From assembly GCA_020072805.1 (NCBI GenBank), contig JAIQGC010000001.1:373-64372 (forward strand): a stretch of 64,000 nt of DNA, written 5' to 3'. Position 1 is the stretch's first letter; every line of letters begins with the position of its first letter. Under the pieces are notes generated by a model. The model did not search any database. It was not told where the DNA came from and saw only the letters and a program-made list of their open reading frames with translations. Source of the stretch: Terriglobia bacterium. GTDB lineage: Bacteria; Acidobacteriota; Terriglobia; Acidiferrales; UBA7541. The position numbers and the translations under genes are program-made. Shown one piece after another: positions 18,404-27,743 of this stretch.

Positions 18404-21219
18404 TTTGGGCCTTTGCCGAGCGGCGCGCTTCCGTGCTCATGCACCGCCTGGCGCTCGTTGTTGTCCGCCGGATGCGCCTGGCGGTACGGCCCGGTGAGGG
18501 CCTGCGCCGATTCGTCGGCCTTGAAGCGCAGGTAGCGCGCCTTGTATTGATTGGCGCGGGCTTCGTCACCCAGCCCGTTGTAGCAGAGCATCAGATTGTA
18601 ATTGGCCTGGAGATCTTCCGGATCGATCGAGAGAACCTGATCGAACTGCCCCACGGCGTCGGCATAGTGCTTCTGCAGAAAAAAGATGCGCCCGAGGTCG
18701 TTGCGCACCACGCGGTCCCGCGGATATTGCCCGAGCACCGAGCGCAGCCGGGCCGCGGCATCCTCATAGCGCCCCTCGCTCCTGAGCACGCGCGCGTAGA
18801 AATAATTCGCGCGAGCCAGGCTGGGCGAGAGAGCCAGCGCCTTTTCCAGCACGGGGCGCGCCCCCGCCATGTCTCCCTCCTGCACGCGCACGCGGCCGAT
18901 GTTCACCCAGCCGTCGGCCCTCTGCGGGTCAATCTGCGTGGCCGTTTCGAAGGCCGCCTGCGCAGCGCGCAGATCCCCTTGCAGCAGCAACCCGATTCCG
19001 TAGTCGTTCCAGCGCACCCAGTCGTCCTTGGCCAGCACCGTCTGCGGAGCAATCGCCGGCGCGCCGCGCGCAATCACCCGCAGCGTTTTCGTGTCTTCGG
19101 CCAGCGTGATGACCGGCAGGTCGGGTATCTGGTGAAGTTTTCCGGAAACGCCGGAAGTTTCTCCCGTAAAAACCCATTTGCCATCGTCGTAATTCTTGCT
19201 CACGCCAGGATGCGCGTCGCCCGGATCGCGCACGCCAGCATAGGCAAACTGCGTGTTCCACCACGGAAACTTCCGGTAGTTCAGCTTGGCGTGCAGCGTC
19301 AGCTTCTCTCCGGCGTTTTCCGGAATGCGCAGCCGGTAATGCACCGTATCCGCCGCGCCCGGCGGGATCAGCCGCACGTAAACCACCGAGCGCGTGGACC
19401 AGGCATTGCGCTTGTTGATGGGATTGCCGTGCCCGTCAATCTGCAGCGAGCGGTAGAAATGCGCTCCGGGCTCGACCGGCCCCTGTCCGCCTTTGCCGCC
19501 GTCCTCGATCATCCCGCTCCAGAAAAGCGTCCGCCCCTTTTCGTCCGTGGCTTGCAGCTCCAGCCAGGTTTCCGCCGCGTCCACGGTTCCGCCGGGGAAA
19601 AAATGCCCCACCTTTTTTGTGCGCACCACCACGTCAACGCGCACGTCTTCCCCGCGGTGCACCGCCGCGTCCACGCGCCCCAGCGGAGCGGTGAGCGCGC
19701 GCACTTCGCCCGCCGGCCCCGTGGGACGAGTCTGCTCGGCCTCTTCCCCCACCGCGAATGTCGTGGTGATCTCCGCCCCGGGCATTTGCCCGCTCGCCGC
19801 CGCCGGCCCGGCAGGCGAAATCGCGAAAATATCCACGCCCACGCTGCCGCTCTGCAGAAATTTCCGGCTCGCTTCCAGTTGGGTGGCGTCCTGGTTGGCC
19901 GTGGGCAGCGCCGTGTTGGCCCCGGGGAAGCGGTGCGAATGCACGTAACCGTTCACGTTGCCGTCGTCGTTCGATGCCACCAGCGGCATGTGACAGTCCG
20001 GGCATCCCATCGGCGTCGCCGGATAATAGAATGAGCGCGCCCCCTCGCCCGATACCGCGCTGGCCTGCCAGTTGTCGTACTCGTTGAATCCCCGCACCCA
20101 CCCATAGCTGTTCACCGGGACGTCCAGGTGCACCTTGTGGCAGGCCGCGCAGAATTCCGGCGCCTGCTGGCGCATGAAGGGCTTGAGGAAGGCCCGCCGG
20201 TGCGGCTCGGGATTCACCCGCAGCAGAAAATCGTGCAGCCCGCGCATCAGAGCATTGTCGCTCGTGGCGAATTTATCCAGGCTGGGATATTCCAGCGTGT
20301 AATCCCCCTGCCCCATCGTGCTCTTCACCTGCACGATGCTGTGGCACATCATGCAGCTCAGCCCCGCCTGGCCCTCCGGCAGATTCTCAATCTCGCGCAC
20401 CGGACGGTCGAACATTCCGCTGAAGAGCAGCGCCGGATCGTGGCATCCCGCGCACCATTTCGACGGTTTTACCCCGGCCACGTCCTGCATGTACTCGATG
20501 CTCTTGCGATACCACTGATTGTTGAACGACGAAAAATGGTGCGACGAGCTGTTCCACTGGTCGTAAATGTCCTTGTGGCAGCGCTGGCAGGTCGCCGACT
20601 CCAGAAAATAATGCGAGGGAATCGTTCCCCCGTGGAGAACCTGCGCCGACGTCGGAAAGAACAGTCCCTGGGGGCCGTCTCCTTCGTGCTCCATGGTTTC
20701 CGGAGCGATCGCCGGATTCGCAATCCGGTTGATCCGGTGCCAATACACTTCCCGCAACCACCACGCGCCCCCGGCCAGTCCCGCCGCAACCAGCAGCAAT
20801 CCCGCTCCGCGCAGCGTCCTCGCTCCTGTCCCCAGGCGGCCCCGCGCATCCAGCCATGCAGCCGCCAGCGCAACCAGCGCAATCGAGCAAAGAAAAATAT
20901 GCGCCATCTGCCAGCCGCGCAGCCGCTGCGGCGTCCCCACCACGATCAGCGCAACGCCCAGCGCCGCCCCAGCCGCCAGCAGCGCCCACCCGAGCCGCGC
21001 CGTGAAAACTTCCGTTTTCCAAAAACGCGCCAAAAACGGCGGCAGCAGCACCGCCAGCAGCACCCCCGCAGCCACGTGCAGCAGAACCGCTCCAAAATAG
21101 ACCAGCGTGGCCGAAGGCAGCGCGTAGAGATACAAACCGCTCGCCGCCAGCAGCCATACGGCATTCAAAGAAACGCGCTTCATAGCGACAAATCCATGCG
21201 GAGAATCATACCCGTTCAC
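18400..21219 (-). CDS. Membrane-anchored multiheme cytochrome c (c554-like) with C-terminal TPR repeats
   Basis: N-terminal TM helices, five CxxCH motifs (CQRCH, CAGCH, CMMCH, CAACH, CPDCH) and TPR-like repeats at the C-terminus. Overlaps the start of the UnbV gene by 4 nt. Alternative start at 21183. Confidence 0.85.
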   Translation of the reverse strand: MNGYDSPHGFVAMKRVSLNAVWLLAASGLYLYALPSATLVYFGAVLLHVAAGVLLAVLLPPFLARFWKTEVFTARLGWALLAAGAALGVALIVVGTPQRLRGWQMAHIFLCSIALVALAAAWLDARGRLGTGARTLRGAGLLLVAAGLAGGAWWLREVYWHRINRIANPAIAPETMEHEGDGPQGLFFPTSAQVLHGGTIPSHYFLESATCQRCHKDIYDQWNSSSHHFSSFNNQWYRKSIEYMQDVAGVKPSKWCAGCHDPALLFSGMFDRPVREIENLPEGQAGLSCMMCHSIVQVKSTMGQGDYTLEYPSLDKFATSDNALMRGLHDFLLRVNPEPHRRAFLKPFMRQQAPEFCAACHKVHLDVPVNSYGWVRGFNEYDNWQASAVSGEGARSFYYPATPMGCPDCHMPLVASNDDGNVNGYVHSHRFPGANTALPTANQDATQLEASRKFLQSGSVGVDIFAISPAGPAAASGQMPGAEITTTFAVGEEAEQTRPTGPAGEVRALTAPLGRVDAAVHRGEDVRVDVVVRTKKVGHFFPGGTVDAAETWLELQATDEKGRTLFWSGMIEDGGKGGQGPVEPGAHFYRSLQIDGHGNPINKRNAWSTRSVVYVRLIPPGAADTVHYRLRIPENAGEKLTLHAKLNYRKFPWWNTQFAYAGVRDPGDAHPGVSKNYDDGKWVFTGETSGVSGKLHQIPDLPVITLAEDTKTLRVIARGAPAIAPQTVLAKDDWVRWNDYGIGLLLQGDLRAAQAAFETATQIDPQRADGWVNIGRVRVQEGDMAGARPVLEKALALSPSLARANYFYARVLRSEGRYEDAAARLRSVLGQYPRDRVVRNDLGRIFFLQKHYADAVGQFDQVLSIDPEDLQANYNLMLCYNGLGDEARANQYKARYLRFKADESAQALTGPYRQAHPADNNERQAVHEHGSAPLGKGPK

Positions 21220-21326
21220 TCCTGCTTAAAAGGAACGGTGAATTCTGTTCATTTCGGAAAGAGATGTCAACCCGTATACGGGCGGTTCTTCTTGCACTTC
21301 CCGCGGCTGCCGCGTAACTTCTTCAG

Positions 21327-22739
21327 ATGCAAAATCCCACGCATTCCTCCGCCCGCGAACTGGCCGCCCTGATTCGCGCCAAAAAAATCTCTCCGGTCGA
21401 AGTCGTGGAAGCCCACCTGCACCGCGCCGCCGCCCTGCATCCCCGGCTGAACGCTTTTGTCCATCTCGATGAAGCCGGCGCTCGCGCCCAGGCCCGGGCC
21501 GCCGAAGCGGCCGTTTCACGCAACGCTCCCCTGGGCCCGCTGCATGGCATTCCCCTCACCGTCAAGAGCTGCATCGACGTCGCCGGATGGAACTGCCCCG
21601 CGGGTTCCGCTCTGCGCCGGGACTACGTCCCGCAGCAGGATGCCGTCCTGGTCACCCGCCTGAAAGCCGCCGGCGCGATTCTCCTCGGCAGCACCAACAC
21701 GCCCGAATTCCTGATGAACTACGAAACCAGCAATTCGCTGCACGGCCGCACCAGCAATCCCTGGGACCTTGCCCGCAGCTCCGGCGGCTCCAGCGGCGGG
21801 GAAGCCGCCGCGATTTCCTCCGGGTGCAGCGCCGGTGGCGTGGGCAGCGACGGCGGCGGTTCCATCCGCGTCCCCGCGCATTTCTGCGGCATCTGCGGTC
21901 TCAAGCCTACTCCCGGCCGCATTGCCGCCACCGGGCATTTTCCTTCCGGTTCCGGCTCATTTCCCTGGATCGGCGTCGTCGGCCCCATGGCCCGCAGCGT
22001 CGCCGACCTCCGCCTGCTTTTCGAAACTCTCGCCGGCCCTGATCCCGGCGACTCCTGCTCCGCGCCCGTCCCTCTTCGCGCCATTTCCTCAAACGAACTG
22101 CGCGGCCTGCGCGTCGGCCTCCTCGACGCCCCGTCGCTCAGCCAGCCCACCGATGAAACCGTCGCCGCCGTCCATCTCGCCGCCCACGCCCTCAAAGCGC
22201 AAGGCTTCCTCGTCGAGCCCATCCAGATCCCCGCTCTCGATCAGGCCATTTCCCTGTGGTGGTATTTCTTCGGCCCGGTCATCGAGCATCTCCTCCGCGG
22301 CCCTCTCGCCAATCACCACTCCGTTCTCAGCCCCATGCTCCTCGAATATCTGCAAATTGCTGGCGCGGAACCGCCAATTGCCCTCGACTCTTTTCTCGAC
22401 GCCTGCACCCAGCGCGATCTCTGCCGTGCCCAAATTCTCCGCCAAATGGAAAAGTTCCCGGTCCTGCTTTCCCCGGTCTCTCTCGCTCCCGCATTCCGCC
22501 ACGGCGAAGGCACCTGGCGCCCCGCCACCGCCGCGTCCTTCCGCGAATCCATGCGCCATTCCCAGTGGCTCAATCTTGCCGGCCTGCCGGGCCTTTCTCT
22601 TCCTGCAGCCGTTTCGAAAGAGGGCCTGCCCATCGGCGTGCAGCTCATCGGCCGCCCCTTTGAAGAGCCGCTTCTTCTTGCTGTCGGCGAATCTCTAGAA
22701 CAGGCCTTGAACGCCGCACGTTTCCCCTCTATTGACTGA
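21327..22739 (+). CDS. Amidase signature family enzyme
   Basis: PLHGIPLTVK (catalytic Lys), GGSSGG and GSDGGGSIRVPA (Ser-cisSer). Confidence 0.93.
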   Translation: MQNPTHSSARELAALIRAKKISPVEVVEAHLHRAAALHPRLNAFVHLDEAGARAQARAAEAAVSRNAPLGPLHGIPLTVKSCIDVAGWNCPAGSALRRDYVPQQDAVLVTRLKAAGAILLGSTNTPEFLMNYETSNSLHGRTSNPWDLARSSGGSSGGEAAAISSGCSAGGVGSDGGGSIRVPAHFCGICGLKPTPGRIAATGHFPSGSGSFPWIGVVGPMARSVADLRLLFETLAGPDPGDSCSAPVPLRAISSNELRGLRVGLLDAPSLSQPTDETVAAVHLAAHALKAQGFLVEPIQIPALDQAISLWWYFFGPVIEHLLRGPLANHHSVLSPMLLEYLQIAGAEPPIALDSFLDACTQRDLCRAQILRQMEKFPVLLSPVSLAPAFRHGEGTWRPATAASFRESMRHSQWLNLAGLPGLSLPAAVSKEGLPIGVQLIGRPFEEPLLLAVGESLEQALNAARFPSID

Positions 22740-24357
22740 CCGTTTTCTTTCGCCGCGCCGCGCTTCCCCATCCCCCGCCCCCGGGCGATTCGATGCGCAC
22801 CGCTTCTCCCCCCGCCGCCTGCCGGTTGCATTTTCCCGGCAATTCTTCCACGTCGCCGCCGCGCCGCAGCAGCGTCGTCCGCCCGCGCGCTCCCGGCTCT
22901 CCGCCCGCCAAACCATACGGCGCGAATTTTCTGCGGTCGGCCAGCAAAGTCACCTGCGCCTCGCCCAGCACTTCTATTTCCCGCACCAGCCCGTCGCCTC
23001 CGCGAAACTCTCCCGCCCCGCCCGATCCCTTCCGGTATCCATAGCGCCGCACCCGGAACGGATAGTTGTACTCCAGCGCCTCCACCGGCGTGTTCAGCGA
23101 ATTGGTCATGTGCGTGTGAATCCCGGAAACTCCGTCGCGCCCCGGCCGCGCTCCCATTCCCCCCGCCGTCGTTTCGTAGTACGCATACGCCTTCCCGTTG
23201 CGCGGGTCCACGCCGCCAATCGTCAAATTGTTCATCGTCCCCGAACTCGCCGCCGGTATCCGCGCCGGGATCGCCTGCGCCAGCGCCCGCAGCAGCACGT
23301 CCGTAATCCGCTGCGAAGTTTCCACGTTTCCCCCGGCCACTGCCGCCGGCGGCACGGCATTCACCACGCTTCCCGCCGGCGCATGAATCGTTACCGGCCG
23401 CAGCAGCCCCGCCGTCGCCGGCGCGTCCTCCGCCAGCAAACAGCGAAACACATAAAACACCGCCGAAGCCGTAATCGCGAACACCGCGTTCACGCTCCCC
23501 GCCACCTGCGCGTCCGTCCCCGCAAAATCCAGTACCGCTTTCCTGCGCTGCGGATCAATGCGCACGGAAACGCGAATCCGAATGGGCGCATCGGTAATTC
23601 CGTCGCTGTCCAGAAAATCCTCCGCCGTGAAAGTTCCTCCTGGCATGCCCGCCAGCTCCGCGCGCATCAGCCGCTCGGAATAGTCCAGCAGCTCGCGCAT
23701 GTTCCGCTGCATCGTCGCCAGTCCGTATTTTCCGGTCATCTCCGCGAGCCGCTGCGCCCCGATCCGGCACGCACCGATCTGCGCCGTCAGGTCGCCCTCG
23801 CGCTCCCCCGGCGTGCGCACGTTATATAGGATCAGGTCCAGCACGTCCCGCCGCAGCTTTCCCCGCTCCGCGATTTTCACTGGCGGAATCCGGATGCCCT
23901 CCTGATAAATCTCCCGGCACAGCCCCATCGATCCCGGATACGTCCCGCCCACGTCCGCGTGATGCGCCCGCGTCGCCACATAAAACGATGGCCGCGCAGC
24001 CCCGCGCGTGTACACCGGCTGCACCATGGTGATGTCCGGCAGGTGCGTCCCGCCCGCGTAAGGATCGTTCAGTATGGCGATGTCCCCCTCGGCCAGTTCC
24101 ATCGCCGCCACCGCCGCCGCCACCGACATCGGCATCGACCCCAGGTGCACCGGCATGTGATCGCCCATGGCTACCGCCTGCCCCGCCCCGTCGAATACCG
24201 CGCACGAATAGTCCCGCCGCTCCTTCACGTTCGGCGAAAACGCCGTCCGCCGCAGCGCCGCGCCCATCTCTTCGGCGATCGAATGAAAAGCGCTCTTGAA
24301 AATCGCCAGCTCGATCGCATCGCTCTTGCTCTTCGCTTTGCTCTTGCCTCGCCCCAT
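22729..24357 (-). CDS. Hydantoinase B / 5-oxoprolinase subunit
   Basis: [41 protein letters not shown] and HTHMTNS. Confidence 0.93.
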   Translation of the reverse strand: MGRGKSKAKSKSDAIELAIFKSAFHSIAEEMGAALRRTAFSPNVKERRDYSCAVFDGAGQAVAMGDHMPVHLGSMPMSVAAAVAAMELAEGDIAILNDPYAGGTHLPDITMVQPVYTRGAARPSFYVATRAHHADVGGTYPGSMGLCREIYQEGIRIPPVKIAERGKLRRDVLDLILYNVRTPGEREGDLTAQIGACRIGAQRLAEMTGKYGLATMQRNMRELLDYSERLMRAELAGMPGGTFTAEDFLDSDGITDAPIRIRVSVRIDPQRRKAVLDFAGTDAQVAGSVNAVFAITASAVFYVFRCLLAEDAPATAGLLRPVTIHAPAGSVVNAVPPAAVAGGNVETSQRITDVLLRALAQAIPARIPAASSGTMNNLTIGGVDPRNGKAYAYYETTAGGMGARPGRDGVSGIHTHMTNSLNTPVEALEYNYPFRVRRYGYRKGSGGAGEFRGGDGLVREIEVLGEAQVTLLADRRKFAPYGLAGGEPGARGRTTLLRRGGDVEELPGKCNRQAAGGEAVRIESPGGGGWGSAARRKKTVSQ

Positions 24358-24396
24358 GGCCCCTCTCTGCTTCCGCTGCTCACACTTCCTGGTCTT

Positions 24397-24420
24397 GTAG
24401 AGGCCGGGCTTTAGCCCGGC
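24397..24420 (+). repeat. GTAG-type REP palindrome
   Basis: GTAG-AG-GCCGGGC-TTTA-GCCCGGC in the hyuA/hyuB intergenic gap. Confidence 0.65.
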
Positions 24421-24438
24421 TCTTCTCTTCCATCCCCT

Positions 24439-26478
24439 CTAAACCTCAATAATCAAATTCTCCCGCGCATCCACGCGCACCCGGCACCCCGGCGGAACCG
24501 CGGTCGTTGCGCTGTACTCCGTGATCACTGCGGGCCCGCGAAACGCATCGCCCGCCCGCAGCAGTTCCCGCTCGAGCACCGGCACGCTTGCCTGCCGCCC
24601 CTCGAAAATCACTCTCCTCTTCTTCCTCACCGCCTGCCGCCCGTTCCCCGCGCGCAACCGCCGCGCCGGCAGCTCCACTGACTCCGTCGGCGCCACCATC
24701 CTCACCCGCACATTCACCACTTCCACCGCCCGCGCCTCATCCGCGTAGCCATACCGCAACCGGTGCGCCCGGTGAAACTGCGCCACGAAGTCGCGCCCCG
24801 CCGCCACGTTCAACTCGTACCCCTGCCCTACGTAGCGCACGTCCATCGAACGCACCGCCATTCCGGAAGATAAAAATCCCTCCGCGCGCATTTCCCGTGC
24901 CCCGCGCCTCTCCATCTCCTCGAAATGCCCCTCCAGCCGTTCCATCTCCGGCCCCGCCATCACCGTTCGCGAATAATCCTTCACCACGTCCGACATCAAA
25001 ATCCCCAGCGCCGAGAGCGCCCCCGGCATCCGCGGCACCAGCACCCGCGGCATGCGCAGCGCCCGTGCCAGCGCGCACGCGTGCAGCGGCCCCGCTCCTC
25101 CAAAACTCACCAGCGTGAAGTCCCGCGGGTCGTGCCCCCGCTCCACCGAGATCAGCCGCAGCGCTTTCTCCATCGTCGCATCCGCCAGGCGAATGATTCC
25201 TTCCGCAAATTCCTCCACGCTCGCGAGCGGCCCTTTTTTCTTTTCGAAAAACTCCCGCGCCCGCTTCTCCTCCAGCCGTACCTTTCCGCCCAGAAATCCC
25301 TCGGGGTCCATCCGTCCCAGCAGCAGATTCGCGTCCGTCACCGTCGGCTCGCTTCCCCTCCCGTAGCAGATCGGCCCCGGCTCCGCTCCGGCCGATTGCG
25401 GGCCCACCCGCAGAATTCCTCCCGCGTCAAATCGCGCCAGCGACCCTCCTCCCGCTCCTACTGTGTGAATATCCAGCACGGGCACTCCCACCGGCAGCCC
25501 GGTCACCTGCGATTCGCTGGTCGTGCGCGGCCCGCCCGCCGTCCCGTCCACGAGGGCCACGTCCGTCGACGTGCCTCCCATGTCGAATCCCACCATCCGC
25601 GGAAATCCCGCCGCGCGCGCCACCGCGTACGCTCCCACCACTCCGCCCGCCGGCCCGGAAAGTATAGTGCGCACAGGTTCCCGCGCGGCCACTCCCGCCG
25701 AGACAATTCCTCCCGACGATTGCATCACCTGCAGCCGCGCCTCGCGGAACTCCTCCTTCACCGCCCGCTCCAGCGCCCCGATATACCGCCCCATCTTCGG
25801 CGCCAGATACGCGTTCACCAGCACCGTCGAGGCCCGCTCGTATTCCCGGAACTCCGGCAGTATCTCGTGCGAAACGGAGACCGGCACGCCCAGCCGCTCC
25901 AGCCCCGCGGCCACCGCCCGCTCGTTTTCCGCATTCGCAAACGAAAACAGCAGTGACAGCGCCACCGCTTCCGGCTTCGCCGCGCGCAACTCCTCCACCA
26001 CCCGCTCCACTTCTTCCGCCGCAACCGCTTTCAAGATCTCCCCGTCATGCAGCGTCCGCTCCGCCACCCCAAACCGCATCTCCGCCCCCGCCAGCGGCTC
26101 ATCTGGCGTCGCCAACCAATCGTAAAGCCTCGGCCGTGCCTGCCTCCCGATGGCGATGGTGTCTTCAAATCCCGCCGTGGTCACGAACGCCACGCGCGCC
26201 CCGCTGCGCTCGATCAGCGTGTTCGTCCCCACCGTCGTTCCGTGCCGGATTTCCGCACCCGGCCCGGGCGCAATCTGCCGCAGCGCATCCAGAATCGCCG
26301 TCCCCGGATCGTGCGGCGTCGAAAATAGTTTCAACACCCGCAGCCCGTCCGCCGCCACATAGACGCAATCGGTAAACGTCCCGCCGGTATCGATCGCAAT
26401 GCGCAACGGTTGCTTCCCGGCGGATGCCCGCAATCGCCGCCTGTTCTTTTTCAATTGTTCATCCCGCCCACTCCGCAT
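24439..26478 (-). CDS. Hydantoinase A / 5-oxoprolinase ATP-binding subunit
   Basis: IDTGGTFTD, HGTTVGTN, SGPAGGV, DMGGTSTD and GGAGPLHA. Start uncertain (26478 ATG versus 26550). Confidence 0.92.
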   Translation of the reverse strand: MRSGRDEQLKKNRRRLRASAGKQPLRIAIDTGGTFTDCVYVAADGLRVLKLFSTPHDPGTAILDALRQIAPGPGAEIRHGTTVGTNTLIERSGARVAFVTTAGFEDTIAIGRQARPRLYDWLATPDEPLAGAEMRFGVAERTLHDGEILKAVAAEEVERVVEELRAAKPEAVALSLLFSFANAENERAVAAGLERLGVPVSVSHEILPEFREYERASTVLVNAYLAPKMGRYIGALERAVKEEFREARLQVMQSSGGIVSAGVAAREPVRTILSGPAGGVVGAYAVARAAGFPRMVGFDMGGTSTDVALVDGTAGGPRTTSESQVTGLPVGVPVLDIHTVGAGGGSLARFDAGGILRVGPQSAGAEPGPICYGRGSEPTVTDANLLLGRMDPEGFLGGKVRLEEKRAREFFEKKKGPLASVEEFAEGIIRLADATMEKALRLISVERGHDPRDFTLVSFGGAGPLHACALARALRMPRVLVPRMPGALSALGILMSDVVKDYSRTVMAGPEMERLEGHFEEMERRGAREMRAEGFLSSGMAVRSMDVRYVGQGYELNVAAGRDFVAQFHRAHRLRYGYADEARAVEVVNVRVRMVAPTESVELPARRLRAGNGRQAVRKKRRVIFEGRQASVPVLERELLRAGDAFRGPAVITEYSATTAVPPGCRVRVDARENLIIEV

Positions 26479-26556
26479 CGGCAGCGTTTCTCCTCTTCCT
26501 CTTTCTCCATGCCTTCTGAGTCTCTGCGTTTCAATCCCCTCTCTCCTCACTCCCCC

Positions 26557-27582
26557 TCAATACATAATCGTCCGCGTCAAATGATGCGGCCAATGCGTCG
26601 TGTGATAATGCGTCCACAGCCGCGCATCAATCTGCGGAATAATCACCTGCCGCTCCCGCGGCCGCAGCTTATTCACTTCTTCCCGCAGCAGCGCCGTCGC
26701 ATGCAGCGTATGCGCGCGAATTTCAATCTCTTCGCGGCTGTCCCGCTCCAGTAATTTCCCGGACTGAATCGCCTTCTCCAGCGATGGCGCATACCGCAGA
26801 ATCCCCATCACCCGCAGAGCCACGGGAACAATGTAGTCGGCGAACGCCGTCATTTTCGAAATGTCCTCCACGGGAAATCCACCCGAATACCGCAGCGAAG
26901 CGTGCAGCACCCAGATGGCCAGTTGCGCCAGCTTGTAAAATTTGATTTCGTGTTTGCCAAACCGGCTGACATCATTGAACCGCGGAAACTCCCGGATCAG
27001 CCGCTCTAGCATCCCCCGCCCGTTGTCGTAAAGCCGCCGCGAACCTTCTCCAAAAAAATTGTGAAATCGCCCCCCGTAGCGCCCGTTCAGAACCTTCCCC
27101 GCCTCCCGAAAAATCTCCGCCCGCTCCGCCAGCATGGGCATTTCCATGTCGCCCCGGAATATCCGCGCCAGTTCCCCCGCGCTCGCCCGCGCCAGCCACG
27201 CCCCGTCCAGCACCGCCACTCCCTCGTCCGCCGCCCTTTTCAGACAGGCAAACATGGCCTCCGCGTCCGACCAGCGTTTTCCTCCATACTCCACCGTGAA
27301 CGCCCGGCGCGTTCGAAAATCCGTGAACGCAAAATTGATCAGCCCGACCACCATCACAAAATCAATGGCCTCCTCCGGATTTCCCCCCACCCCGAACGGC
27401 AGCACGAAATTCGGAAAGGGCAGCTCCTCATAAGCCAGCCACCCCGCGTGCTCCGCAATCTTCCTCGCATCCGTCCGCACAAATCGCGACGCCCGAATCA
27501 CAGGCCCCAGACTGTCCAGCACCGGACTGCCAATGCCCCTGGGCATGCGCATACGCGATTTGGCCTTTCGGATCATCCGCAA
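26557..27582 (-). CDS. Queuosine 5'-phosphate N-glycosylase/hydrolase-like protein (Qng1/DUF2419 queuine salvage family)
   Basis: INFAF, MPMLAER, FNDVS, FYKLAQL, FADYIVPVALRVMGILRY, EIEIRA, IDARLW and C-terminal HHLTRTIMY are the family motifs as I recall them. Confidence 0.82.
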   Translation of the reverse strand: MRMIRKAKSRMRMPRGIGSPVLDSLGPVIRASRFVRTDARKIAEHAGWLAYEELPFPNFVLPFGVGGNPEEAIDFVMVVGLINFAFTDFRTRRAFTVEYGGKRWSDAEAMFACLKRAADEGVAVLDGAWLARASAGELARIFRGDMEMPMLAERAEIFREAGKVLNGRYGGRFHNFFGEGSRRLYDNGRGMLERLIREFPRFNDVSRFGKHEIKFYKLAQLAIWVLHASLRYSGGFPVEDISKMTAFADYIVPVALRVMGILRYAPSLEKAIQSGKLLERDSREEIEIRAHTLHATALLREEVNKLRPRERQVIIPQIDARLWTHYHTTHWPHHLTRTIMY

Positions 27583-27743
27583 ACCTCTCCCCGGTCCATT
27601 CTACTCACTCTTGCCCGCATTTCTCACTGCTTCGCCGCCAGGCCTTCCGCCCTGCTGGCCCATCGAAGGTCAGTTTCCGGCAAAAGCTAGAACCTGAGGA
27701 AGGGGAATAGACGTGCGCAGGGAGAGCGGATAAACTTTCGGTC

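Noticed and set aside
21327-22739. Amidase as GatA partner of the gatB at the window end
   Set aside because: It has the general amidase signature, but I see no GatA-specific features. It is 40 kb from gatB, has no adjacent gatC and converges on catabolic genes.
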